Source: Candidatus Hydrogenedentota bacterium
Lineage (GTDB): Bacteria > Hydrogenedentota > Hydrogenedentia > Hydrogenedentales > SLHB01
Assembly: GCA_034408725.1 (NCBI GenBank)
Contig: JAWXCN010000198.1
Span: 1 to 43,685, forward strand
Direction: 5' to 3'
Length of the DNA stretch: 43,685 nt
Part shown: positions 1-8,059 of the stretch, in pieces
How positions within the stretch are numbered: the first letter of the stretch is position 1
Layout: each line of letters starts with the position of its first letter
The notes under the pieces: generated by a model
Databases searched by the model: none
Seen by the model: the letters and a program-made list of their open reading frames with translations, nothing else
What the model was told of the DNA's origin: nothing
Position numbers and translations under genes: made by a program

Positions 1-708
1 CTTATATTCAGTCGATGCTCCGGCTACCCATGTGCCGTCCGATAACACAATCGGCTTGTTCTTTACTGGCCCACGGCCGCCCTGGTCATGTTTTACGAGT
101 TCGACAGGCTTGCTCCAGGTATGCCCGTCGTCCTTGGTTTCCATCCAGCAGGTTTCCCACAGCGGAATTTCCCGACCGACTTTGAAGAAGAGATAGACCG
201 CGGAATTGGCGGCGCGAAACAGCACGGGGTTCCAATGTGCTGTTTCATTGACCTTAACGACCTTTTGGGGTTGTGACCAGACGCCACCGGCAAACCGGGA
301 CAACCAGATTGCGACATCGTCATCTTTCTCTTTGGTGCCGCCAAACCACGCGCAGAGTAATTGACCATTGGCGGATTCAACGATTGTGGAGGCATGGCAC
401 TCTGCGAACGGCCGGGTATCTTCAAATACAAAATCGGCCCTTCCCCCAGCTTCTTTGACTTTGCCTAAAAATTGGGCGGGTGAGAGTTCACCATGACGCA
501 CTACGATAGGAGGCGTTTCCTTAACGGGTTCGGCGTCTTTGGCGCGAATTTTTCTTGGAATGGTGCTTCGGGGTGGCGTATGCGATGGCGCGATAATATC
601 CGGCCTTCCCTTCGACAGCGGGGACCTTCGGACTGGGGCATCAGCCGCGCCTAGCAGAAGCACCAGGCAGATCGCCGGCATGAGGCGCCGAAATAATATC
701 GAAAGCAT
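1..708 (-). CDS. Secreted BNR/Asp-box sialidase-like (exo-alpha-sialidase family) protein, truncated at the left window edge
   Basis: Absent from the ORF track because it is partial; translated by hand. ATG at 708 with GGAG upstream. MLSILFRRLMPAICLVLLLGAADA signal peptide, then ECHASTIVES..LLCAWFGGTKE..DVAIWLSR..WNPVLF..LFFKVG..TKDDGHTWS (Asp-box)..GRGPVKNKPIVLSDGTWVAGASTE. Confidence 0.85.
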   Translation of the reverse strand, partial: MLSILFRRLMPAICLVLLLGAADAPVRRSPLSKGRPDIIAPSHTPPRSTIPRKIRAKDAEPVKETPPIVVRHGELSPAQFLGKVKEAGGRADFVFEDTRPFAECHASTIVESANGQLLCAWFGGTKEKDDDVAIWLSRFAGGVWSQPQKVVKVNETAHWNPVLFRAANSAVYLFFKVGREIPLWETCWMETKDDGHTWSKPVELVKHDQGGRGPVKNKPIVLSDGTWVAGASTEYK

Positions 709-739
709 TAAAACTCCAAAGCCCCGCGACGACAACGAG

Positions 740-769
740 ATGATACCGCAAAAACTGCGAAAAACTCAA
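740..769 (-). promoter_or_regulatory. Putative sigma70 promoter for the sialidase-like gene
   Basis: Minus strand TTGAGT (769-764), 18-nt spacer, TATCAT (745-740). Confidence 0.4.
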
Positions 770-860
770 CGGTTTGGTTACAAATCCTTGAATTGAGGGT
801 CATGTTAGAATGTTTGCGGGTACTTTCAGATGTTGCCTGAAACCGATAAAATGAAGCCCC

Positions 861-889
861 TAGACTCCCGACACTATATCCTGTATAAT
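861..889 (+). promoter_or_regulatory. Putative sigma70 promoter for the Nudix/radical SAM operon
   Basis: TAGACT (861-866), 17-nt spacer, perfect TATAAT (884-889). Confidence 0.65.
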
Positions 890-1008
890 CCGGGGTACGG
901 ACACCAGCATATTGGGGCATCGATGAATTTTGGGGTTAACAATTCATCGCAAGGGTAGAACTGACGACTGATCAACAGATACTCAGCCATCGAGTAAGAG
1001 CATCGAAC

Positions 1009-1491
1009 GTGCTTGCACGAAAAGACATTGCGCCTGTAAAAGCGATTTCCAGCGCGCCACGGATTCGTGTTGCCGCCATCATCGCGCAGCAGGGCGAACT
1101 GTTACTGGTTCGGCATTTGAAACAGGGGAAGTCGTATTGGTTATTGCCGGGGGGTGGAATCGAATACGGGGAGCCTTTGGCCGAAGCTTTGCAGCGCGAG
1201 CTTCGCGAGGAGGCGTGTATCGAGATTAAGGTCGGGGGCCTTGTGATGGTGAACGATACAATTCCGCCTGGCAATGCGCGGCATACCATCAATCTTTGTT
1301 TCACGGCAACGATTCTTTCCGGCGAAGTCCAGCGGGGTTCGGATCCGCGTGTTGTTGAAGTACGTTTCGTTCCGTTGGACGAGGTCGAATCATTGTCGTT
1401 TTATCCCGACATTCGTCATGAACTTATACCCGCGCTTCACGCGGGATTTCCGCACCGGGCGACCTATCTGGGCAACCTCTGGAAAGAGTGA
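1009..1491 (+). CDS. Nudix hydrolase
   Basis: Nudix box GGGIEYGEPLAEALQRELREEAC preceded by WLLP. The GTG start is uncertain. Confidence 0.9.
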   Translation: MLARKDIAPVKAISSAPRIRVAAIIAQQGELLLVRHLKQGKSYWLLPGGGIEYGEPLAEALQRELREEACIEIKVGGLVMVNDTIPPGNARHTINLCFTATILSGEVQRGSDPRVVEVRFVPLDEVESLSFYPDIRHELIPALHAGFPHRATYLGNLWKE

Positions 1492-1503
1492 GAGCGGGGG
1501 AAT

Positions 1504-2964
1504 ATGCGCGTAGCGTTTTTGAATCCGACGTTTGGCAAGGACTTCACCAAGTCCGCGCGGTGGTTTGCGCGATCGCGCGGGCGCGTGCAGCGCCACCCGG
1601 ATTATTTTTGCACGGCAGCGGGGGTTGTCGAAGCCGCGGGCCACGAGATTTTCTTCCTGGATGCGCAGGCGAAGAATATGCCGACGGAAGTGATGCTTCC
1701 GAGGCTGAAGGCGTTTGCGCCGGATATGACGGTGTACCAGGCGACGACCCCGTCGATTGACGCGGACATCGAATGCGCGCTCCAATGCAAAGAAGCGGTG
1801 GGCGGGATGCACGTGATGATCGGTCCGCACGTGACCGCGGAACCGGAAGATACGTTACGTCTTGCCGATGGCGGATTGGACGCGGTCGCGATTGCCGAAT
1901 ACGACTTTACCCTGCGCGATCTGGCCGGGGGGATGGCCGTGCGCGACTGCCCGGGGCTTGCATGGATGGACGGCGGACATTACGTCTGCAATCCGGGCCG
2001 GGCGTATATTGAAAATTTGGATGAGGTTGCGTTTCCCGCCTGGAAGCATATCGACATCCACGATTACCGCGATTTCGGAAAGTTGTTTCCTTTTCTCACG
2101 CTGATCAGCGGACGCGGCTGCCGCGCGAAATGCACGTTTTGCCAATTGCCGCAAGTGATGAATGGGCATTCGTATCGGACGCGCAGTGTTGAAAATGTTT
2201 GCGACGAGATCGAATACGACATGGCGCTCTTTCCTGATTTGAAAGAGATCATGTTCGAAGACGATACACTAACGATGCGGAGTTCACAGGATCGGCTTGT
2301 CGCGCTGTGCGAGGAGATGATCCGTCGCGACCTCGGGATTTCCTGGAGCGCGAACGCCCGGGTTGATGTGAACGATCTGGAAGTCCTCAAACTGATGAAA
2401 CGGTCCGGGTGCCGCTGGTTGTGCGTTGGTTTTGAATTCGGCGATCAGCAGGTGCTCAATAACGTCAAAAAAGGCGCCACCATTGCGCAGATGCACCGGT
2501 TTGCGCACAACGCGCATTCGGCCGGCATTCGCGTGCATGGTTGCTTCATGTTTGGCGGACCTGGCGAAACGAAAGATACTGCGCAGAAGACGCTCGATTT
2601 GTCACGGCAATTGCCCATTGATACCGCGCAATTCACCGCGGTGGTGGCGTATCCCGGCACGAGTTATTACAAATGGGCACAGGAAAACGGCTATTTGAAG
2701 CAGGCTCGTTGGCGCGATTGGGTGGACGCCGATTACGAGCAGCAGTCGACGCAGGAATTGCCGGGATTGAGCGCGGCCCAGATCAATGAGTTTATCGACA
2801 CCGGCCTGCGATCTTTTTATCTTCGGCCATCGCAGATGTGGCGTATGTTGCGAAACATTCAGAACATGGCGGATTTGAAGGCAAAGCTCCACGGTGTGCG
2901 GAGTTTCGCCCAGTATTTCGGGAACAAGGAACGGGCGTTTGTCGGGTTTGTGGGGAACAACTAA
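1504..2964 (+). CDS. B12-binding domain radical SAM protein (HpnJ/BchE-like superfamily)
   Basis: N-terminal cobalamin-binding-type domain (FLNP..GPHVTAEP), GRGCRAKCTFC CxxxCxxC motif, FEDD, GFEFG, FMFGGPGET, YPGT. Confidence 0.92.
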   Translation: MRVAFLNPTFGKDFTKSARWFARSRGRVQRHPDYFCTAAGVVEAAGHEIFFLDAQAKNMPTEVMLPRLKAFAPDMTVYQATTPSIDADIECALQCKEAVGGMHVMIGPHVTAEPEDTLRLADGGLDAVAIAEYDFTLRDLAGGMAVRDCPGLAWMDGGHYVCNPGRAYIENLDEVAFPAWKHIDIHDYRDFGKLFPFLTLISGRGCRAKCTFCQLPQVMNGHSYRTRSVENVCDEIEYDMALFPDLKEIMFEDDTLTMRSSQDRLVALCEEMIRRDLGISWSANARVDVNDLEVLKLMKRSGCRWLCVGFEFGDQQVLNNVKKGATIAQMHRFAHNAHSAGIRVHGCFMFGGPGETKDTAQKTLDLSRQLPIDTAQFTAVVAYPGTSYYKWAQENGYLKQARWRDWVDADYEQQSTQELPGLSAAQINEFIDTGLRSFYLRPSQMWRMLRNIQNMADLKAKLHGVRSFAQYFGNKERAFVGFVGNN

Positions 2965-3404
2965 TGAAAACGAATATAGTTTTGGCATTTGGCATATTGG
3001 CGCTGCTCTCGGGTTGCGCGGGAATGGGGATGAGCGATCCCGCGCCGTTCGACGATCCCAACGGCAATTTTCATTTACGAGTGTATGTGGACAGCATGCA
3101 CTACGCGGGCGTGCCGGTCGACATCAAGGTTTGGATTGACGGCGATCTTGCGTTGAACCGGAATTTCTCGAGCCGGCGTGGCCATTACAACGACCAGTTC
3201 CGGTTTAACCTGCCGCCGGGGACTCACGAGATTAAAGCGAAGACGATCAAGGGCAACACCGAGATTGCGCGTACATTCGAGGTGAAAGACCGGCTGTTCG
3301 GCGCGCTATACTTTTCGCCCAAACAACGCGGTCTTCCGCCGGAGTTTAGTTTTAGTGTGTCGCCCGAACCCATTTACGTAGCGCCGGGACAAGGTAGCGT
3401 GTGA
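2964..3404 (+). CDS. Hypothetical lipoprotein with a small beta-rich domain; paralog of 3406-3981
   Basis: ATG overlaps the upstream stop (TAATG). MKTNIVLAFGILALLSG-C lipobox. The longer ORF-track start at 2838 lies inside the upstream gene. Confidence 0.8.
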   Translation: MKTNIVLAFGILALLSGCAGMGMSDPAPFDDPNGNFHLRVYVDSMHYAGVPVDIKVWIDGDLALNRNFSSRRGHYNDQFRFNLPPGTHEIKAKTIKGNTEIARTFEVKDRLFGALYFSPKQRGLPPEFSFSVSPEPIYVAPGQGSV

Positions 3405-3405
3405 C

Positions 3406-3981
3406 TTGAAGTCCGCGGTTTACACTGCAGTCGCACTGATAGTGCTTGCCGTGTCCAGTTGTCAAACGGCTGGAAATGGCGGAAGTGGCGCGACAAAGCA
3501 CGGCACTTTATTTTTGAAAGTCTTCAACGAAGAAGGCAATCGACTGGGACCGACAGACATTAAATTGAAGCTCGACGGAGCGGAAATATTGAACCGTAAT
3601 TTCGCGACGGATCCCAGCGGGTTTGACGGCCAATACCAAATCCGGTTGCCGCAGGGTAAGCACCGGCTGGAAGCGGCCGGCATGCAGGGGAGCACGTTTA
3701 CGAGCCGCGCGTTCAAATTGGATGAAGAATCGTTCTTGCAGGTGTATGTGACGGAGGGCGGAAAGTGGCGCTTTACTCCATCGTCGAAGCGAAGCATGTC
3801 GCGCCTTGTTATTAAACACATGCGCGAAGCGCGGGGCATTCAATCGAATCCCGCGCTGTGGATGATTATTACCGCGCCACAACCCGCAACACCGACACGG
3901 CCGAAGCGGTCGTTCGCGAATAATGGCGGCACGCTGGTGCGCAAACCGGCCGATGGTACAATTAAACGAGGGACACGATGA
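3406..3981 (+). CDS. Hypothetical lipoprotein; paralog of 2964-3404
   Basis: TTG start 1 nt after the previous stop. MKSAVYTAVALIVLAVSS-C lipobox. Shares DIK..DG...LNRNF and LP.G.H with its neighbour. Confidence 0.75.
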   Translation: MKSAVYTAVALIVLAVSSCQTAGNGGSGATKHGTLFLKVFNEEGNRLGPTDIKLKLDGAEILNRNFATDPSGFDGQYQIRLPQGKHRLEAAGMQGSTFTSRAFKLDEESFLQVYVTEGGKWRFTPSSKRSMSRLVIKHMREARGIQSNPALWMIITAPQPATPTRPKRSFANNGGTLVRKPADGTIKRGTR

Positions 3982-5135
3982 AGACGAACCTAAATGTAGC
4001 GCCATTGGATGCCGCCGGTATGTTGGAGACGTCTCGCGCCGGCGCCGCGATTGCGCAACCCCGGTTTGGGACGTCAACGGCTGGCCAGGGAACGGGCTTG
4101 TTCGATACGCTCCAGAATCGCATCCTCACACATTGGCCTGAAGCGCGGATGATCCTGGAGCATAAGATGCCGGCGCCGCGGACGGCGATTGTCTACCCTA
4201 CGTATGTCTGCAACCAGGATTGTCTGTGGTGCGAATATAACGCCGAGAACACGGACAAGAACCTGACGAGGGTGATGTCCAAAGAGCAACTGTTTAAGCT
4301 CGCGGACGAACTCCATCAGTTGGGCGTCCTTGGTGTGGAGTTCTGCGGGGGCGGTGAACCGACTCTCCACCCGAACCTCGCCGAGCTCGTTCGTATCATG
4401 AAAGCCCGCGGCACCAGCATCGGCTTGCTCACCAACGGCACGAAACTCAAGGGAGAGCTTGCGTCGGCGCTCGTGGATTGCGCCAGCTACGTGCGGGTCG
4501 GGTTTGACGGCGCAACGCCCGAAACTGCCAACCGCGTAAAACGGCCGCGCACGCCGGAAGCGCGTTTTGAGGCGGTCTGCGAAAACATCGCGCACATGCT
4601 GGCGTTGCGGAAAGAGCGTGGGGCGGGGGTGCGCATCAGCATCAAGGTTGTGCTTGACGCCAACAATTATCACGAGTTGGAAGAATGCGTGAAGGTCGCG
4701 ATTCGGCTGGGCGTGGACTCGGTGCAGTTCAAGGCAGCGCGATTGGTTGCGTCTGAATTGAACGCCGAACAAAGCGAGCAGGTGGATCGACAGCTTGCCG
4801 ATATCCGCAACCGGTATCCGCAAATACCGGTCGTCGGCGGGACCGAGAAAATCACGATGACGACGCATTGCTGGTTGACGCCGTTGCAATTGACTGTTGA
4901 TCCAATGGGTGAAGTGTATCTTTGCTGCTACTACCGGCACCGCAAGGAAAAGCACTCAATTGGAAACTGCTTCGAAACGCCCCTGCAGGATCTGTGGTAC
5001 AGCGAAAGTCATTGGGAAGCTATCAAGGGTATCCAGCCGCACGAGTGCAATAATTTGGACTGCCGGTTCGTGAAATACAACCAAGTGATGGACGCGGCAA
5101 TGAAACAAAACGACATGCAGTACGAGTTCATCTGA
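3978..5135 (+). CDS. Radical SAM protein with C-terminal SPASM/twitch domain
   Basis: CNQDCLWC, GGGEPTLHP, TNG. C-terminal CW...GEVYLCC...IGN....L..LW...C....C auxiliary-cluster motif. ATGA overlap with the upstream gene. Confidence 0.92.
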   Translation: MKTNLNVAPLDAAGMLETSRAGAAIAQPRFGTSTAGQGTGLFDTLQNRILTHWPEARMILEHKMPAPRTAIVYPTYVCNQDCLWCEYNAENTDKNLTRVMSKEQLFKLADELHQLGVLGVEFCGGGEPTLHPNLAELVRIMKARGTSIGLLTNGTKLKGELASALVDCASYVRVGFDGATPETANRVKRPRTPEARFEAVCENIAHMLALRKERGAGVRISIKVVLDANNYHELEECVKVAIRLGVDSVQFKAARLVASELNAEQSEQVDRQLADIRNRYPQIPVVGGTEKITMTTHCWLTPLQLTVDPMGEVYLCCYYRHRKEKHSIGNCFETPLQDLWYSESHWEAIKGIQPHECNNLDCRFVKYNQVMDAAMKQNDMQYEFI

Positions 5136-5138
5136 GCC

Positions 5139-6548
5139 ATGCGCGTACTTCTGCTCAATCCGCCTGGCCCTTTTTGCCGCGCAGGTTCACGCTGGCCGCA
5201 TGGGCGCAAACTGAAGAAGACGGGTATCGACTACCATCCGTTTCCCTTTCAGCTTGCGTATGCCACGTCGCGATTGTTGGCGGATGGTCATGACGCGGAA
5301 TTGGTGGATTGCATAGCGACGTCCGTGTCGTTGGAGCAACTCGCTGAACGCGCGAGCGCGTTCAAGCCCGATATCATTTTCATGGAGACCAGCGCGCCAA
5401 GCTGGAAGCATGATATCGAAACGTTGCAACGGCTCGGAACGCCGGCCATCGCGGGCGGCGCGCATGCAACTGCTACACCACGCGAACATTTGGAAGCGGG
5501 GTTCGCCGGGGTAATCCGCGGTGAGTACGACCAGGTTATTTCCGATGCGGTCTCATTAGGGCGGTTTCCGTGGCTGGCTACGAAGGATCAACCGGACGCG
5601 CAATACGCGCCGCTCATTCGCGATCTCGATGCCATTCCGCGACCACCCTGGCAGACGATGGCGATGGAAAAGTACAACGACCCATTTTGCATGGGCCTGT
5701 CGGTCACGGTGCTCACCTCGCGCGGATGTCCGTTGGAGTGCGGGTTTTGCACGATTGCGCCGTTCGAGGGCAAGCGCAATTACCGGCGGCGCGACCCGAA
5801 GTCGGTTTGTGACGAGATTGCGGAACTGATTGCTTTGTATCAACCCGACGAAGTCTATTTCGATGACGACACCATCACAGTAAATCCCAAGCACGCGCTG
5901 GCGCTGAGCGCGGAATATGAATCACGGCAATTTGGCATTCCGTTTAGCTGCATGGGCAACGCAGTCATTGAGCACGATGTTATCGCGGGAATGGCGCGCG
6001 CGGGATGTCGCGCAATAAAATTTGGCGTTGAAAGCGCCGACCCGGAGGTGCTTCGCCAAATACCGAAGGATCAGCGACCGGAAGATGTCGTGCGCACGGT
6101 GCGGGATTGCCGGAAGTTTGGCATTCAGACGCATGCGAATTTTCTGGTGGGGTTGCCGGGCGAAACGCGGGAGAGCGCGTTGCGCACGATCGATTTCGCG
6201 TTGCGCCTCAACACGCACACGCTTCAATTTGCGATTGCAACCCCGTATCCGGGCACAGCGTTTTACGAGAACGCGAAGCGCAATGGCTGGCTGACCAAGG
6301 AAAGCTGGATGCAATTCGATCCGTCCCGGGAAGCTGTCGTTTCGTATCCCGGCTATAGCGCGGACGATATTGCGGGGATGTATGATCTCGCGTGGCGCCG
6401 ATGGCAGTGGCACATGATGACCAAACGTCCGCGCACGGTCCTGCACCACTTTGGCAATGCGTTCCGGCGCGAAGGGTTGGGCGGAATGATGCGGCTCGGC
6501 AAGTACAGCGCGCAACGATTCCTAAAAGTGGTGGGAGCGCAGGGATGA
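5139..6548 (+). CDS. B12-binding domain radical SAM protein
   Basis: LLNPP..RAGSRWP N-terminus, GGAHAT, SRGCPLECGFC, FDDD, GVES, GLPGET, PYPGT. Confidence 0.92.
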   Translation: MRVLLLNPPGPFCRAGSRWPHGRKLKKTGIDYHPFPFQLAYATSRLLADGHDAELVDCIATSVSLEQLAERASAFKPDIIFMETSAPSWKHDIETLQRLGTPAIAGGAHATATPREHLEAGFAGVIRGEYDQVISDAVSLGRFPWLATKDQPDAQYAPLIRDLDAIPRPPWQTMAMEKYNDPFCMGLSVTVLTSRGCPLECGFCTIAPFEGKRNYRRRDPKSVCDEIAELIALYQPDEVYFDDDTITVNPKHALALSAEYESRQFGIPFSCMGNAVIEHDVIAGMARAGCRAIKFGVESADPEVLRQIPKDQRPEDVVRTVRDCRKFGIQTHANFLVGLPGETRESALRTIDFALRLNTHTLQFAIATPYPGTAFYENAKRNGWLTKESWMQFDPSREAVVSYPGYSADDIAGMYDLAWRRWQWHMMTKRPRTVLHHFGNAFRREGLGGMMRLGKYSAQRFLKVVGAQG

Positions 6549-7837
6549 AGATCGCGCTGATCAATCCCAGTGTGCCGAAGTCGTTGAAGAAAGAAAATCT
6601 GGGGCTTGCCTATCTTTCCGCGACGCTTCAGTCCGACGGTCATTGCACCAAGATTATTGATGAAATTGCCGGCGATGATGTCTGGGCCGGACTTGACGAA
6701 TTCAAACCGGATGTCGTAGGGCTTTCATTCATGACGATGTATGCGTTGCGCGCATACGAGATCGCGGCGCGAATTAAGAAAGAGCGCGGTCTACCGGTCG
6801 TCATGGGCGGAGCGCATCCCACGGCCATGCCGGAGGAAGCGATTCAACACGGCGATTGCGTCATTCGTGGTGAAGCGGAGTGGTCATTTCCGCAGGCGCT
6901 TCGCTCCGGAAAACTTGAGGGGATCATTGATCCCGAGGTTCCGGCTGATCTTGATGCTCTACCGGAACCTCGTCGGGATCAATTGAATCTGGATTTGTAT
7001 GCGGCCGCAGGGGAGGAGATCGCGGGATTCTCATACCGTACCCTTGGCATCATCACCAGCCGTGGCTGCCCGTTCGTCTGCAACTATTGCATCAACTCGA
7101 AACGCGAAACCCAGCTCCGCTTTCACAGCGCGGCGCGGGTCGTCGAAGAAATAAAGTATCTCGTAAACCGGCACCACATCGAGAGCATCGCGTTTTACGA
7201 TGAGCTCATGGCGACCGATATCGACCGGTTCCGGGATATCTGCAATGAGATGATCGCGCACGATTTACACCACCTGAAGTGGGAGTGCCAGATTCATGCG
7301 CGGCGCATTCGGCCGGACGTGCTGCGATTGATGCGCCGGGCGGGTTGCGTTCAGGTGACCATCGGTTTTGAGAGTGGAAGCCAGCGTATGTTGGACCGCA
7401 TGGTGAAACACGCGACCGTCGAGCAGAACATGCAGGCGGCGCGGTACATCCACGAGGCGGGACTTCGCGTGCGGGGATGTTTCATCATCGGCACGCCTGG
7501 GGAAACCGAGGAAGACGTGGAATTGACGCGCAAGTTTATCCGGCAGGCCGAAATCGATTTTGCTTCGATTCACTATCTGACGCCCTACCCCGGAACGGCA
7601 TTGTTTGATGAGTTCAAGGATCGGATTCTCGCTTCTGGAATAAGTTGGGACAAGTTTACCGCAGGCGATCCGGAAACGTTCAATTGCAACGAAACCATGT
7701 CCCCCGCGATACAGAAACGATTGTTTCTGAAGCTCAGCGCGCGCCAGGCGTTTCGTAACTATAGCTGGACGGAAATGGCCAAGCGGGCGATTCAAAACCC
7801 ACGGCATGCGCTTCACGTGGTATCAAACATGATCTAG
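6545..7837 (+). CDS. B12-binding domain radical SAM protein
   Basis: Start re-assigned to the ATG at 6545 (ATGA overlap). MKIALINP..NLGLAYL, GGAHPT, SRGCPFVCNYC, GFESGS, GTPGET, PYPGT. Confidence 0.92.
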   Translation: MKIALINPSVPKSLKKENLGLAYLSATLQSDGHCTKIIDEIAGDDVWAGLDEFKPDVVGLSFMTMYALRAYEIAARIKKERGLPVVMGGAHPTAMPEEAIQHGDCVIRGEAEWSFPQALRSGKLEGIIDPEVPADLDALPEPRRDQLNLDLYAAAGEEIAGFSYRTLGIITSRGCPFVCNYCINSKRETQLRFHSAARVVEEIKYLVNRHHIESIAFYDELMATDIDRFRDICNEMIAHDLHHLKWECQIHARRIRPDVLRLMRRAGCVQVTIGFESGSQRMLDRMVKHATVEQNMQAARYIHEAGLRVRGCFIIGTPGETEEDVELTRKFIRQAEIDFASIHYLTPYPGTALFDEFKDRILASGISWDKFTAGDPETFNCNETMSPAIQKRLFLKLSARQAFRNYSWTEMAKRAIQNPRHALHVVSNMI

Positions 7838-7976
7838 TGTCCTGAGTTTGAGATTCGTTCGATATGAGGTTTGGAAATCAGACCTTACATCCCCCTAAAT
7901 CCGCCTTCAAAGGGGGACTTGGAAGATCGGACTATGCGTATGACTTTTGCCAAGGATTTGGGATTCATGACGCTAG
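7834..7976. mobile_element. Putative MITE-like non-autonomous element (143 bp) bounded by CTAG with imperfect terminal inverted repeats
   Basis: Left end CTAGTGTCCTGAGT (7834-7847). Right end ATTCATGACGCTAG (7963-7976) matches its reverse complement at 11/14 positions. Internal TCCCCCT (7890-7896)...AGGGGGA (7911-7917) hairpin. Confidence 0.5.
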
Positions 7977-8003
7977 ATTGAACCCGTAGCATTAAAACGA
8001 CGA

Positions 8004-8035
8004 CGGCCCGCGTTCACATCCATGAACGCGGGCCG
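8004..8035. terminator. Probable bidirectional intrinsic terminator between convergent genes
   Basis: Perfect 13-bp stem CGGCCCGCGTTCA / TGAACGCGGGCCG with a 6-nt loop. T-rich sequence follows within a few nt on both strands (TTATTT on plus, GTTTT on minus). Confidence 0.8.
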
Positions 8036-8059
8036 CCTTATTTCTGCTAACGGGTCAGA

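Noticed and set aside
88-920. Short ORF-track ORFs at 88-276, 93-431, 273-458, 539-796 and 708-920
   Set aside because: They are shadows of the partial sialidase-like gene (1-708, minus) or span promoter DNA, and have no recognisable motifs.
890-1008. Possible cobalamin or SAM riboswitch ahead of the B12 radical SAM operon
   Set aside because: I could not find a B12-box or SAM-I core consensus by eye, and the leader is short. An Infernal scan would settle it.
4074-4955. Long antisense or alternate-frame ORFs (e.g. 4074-4955, 11141-12007, 15548-16354, 22892-23689, 30909-31709)
   Set aside because: They overlap well-supported genes, have no motifs, and are expected in GC-rich DNA.
1009-8054. 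RiPP cluster with a short precursor peptide
   Set aside because: No small ORF with an RBS and precursor-like composition lies in or beside the operon, no peptidase or ABC exporter is present, and the SPASM enzyme has no evident RRE.
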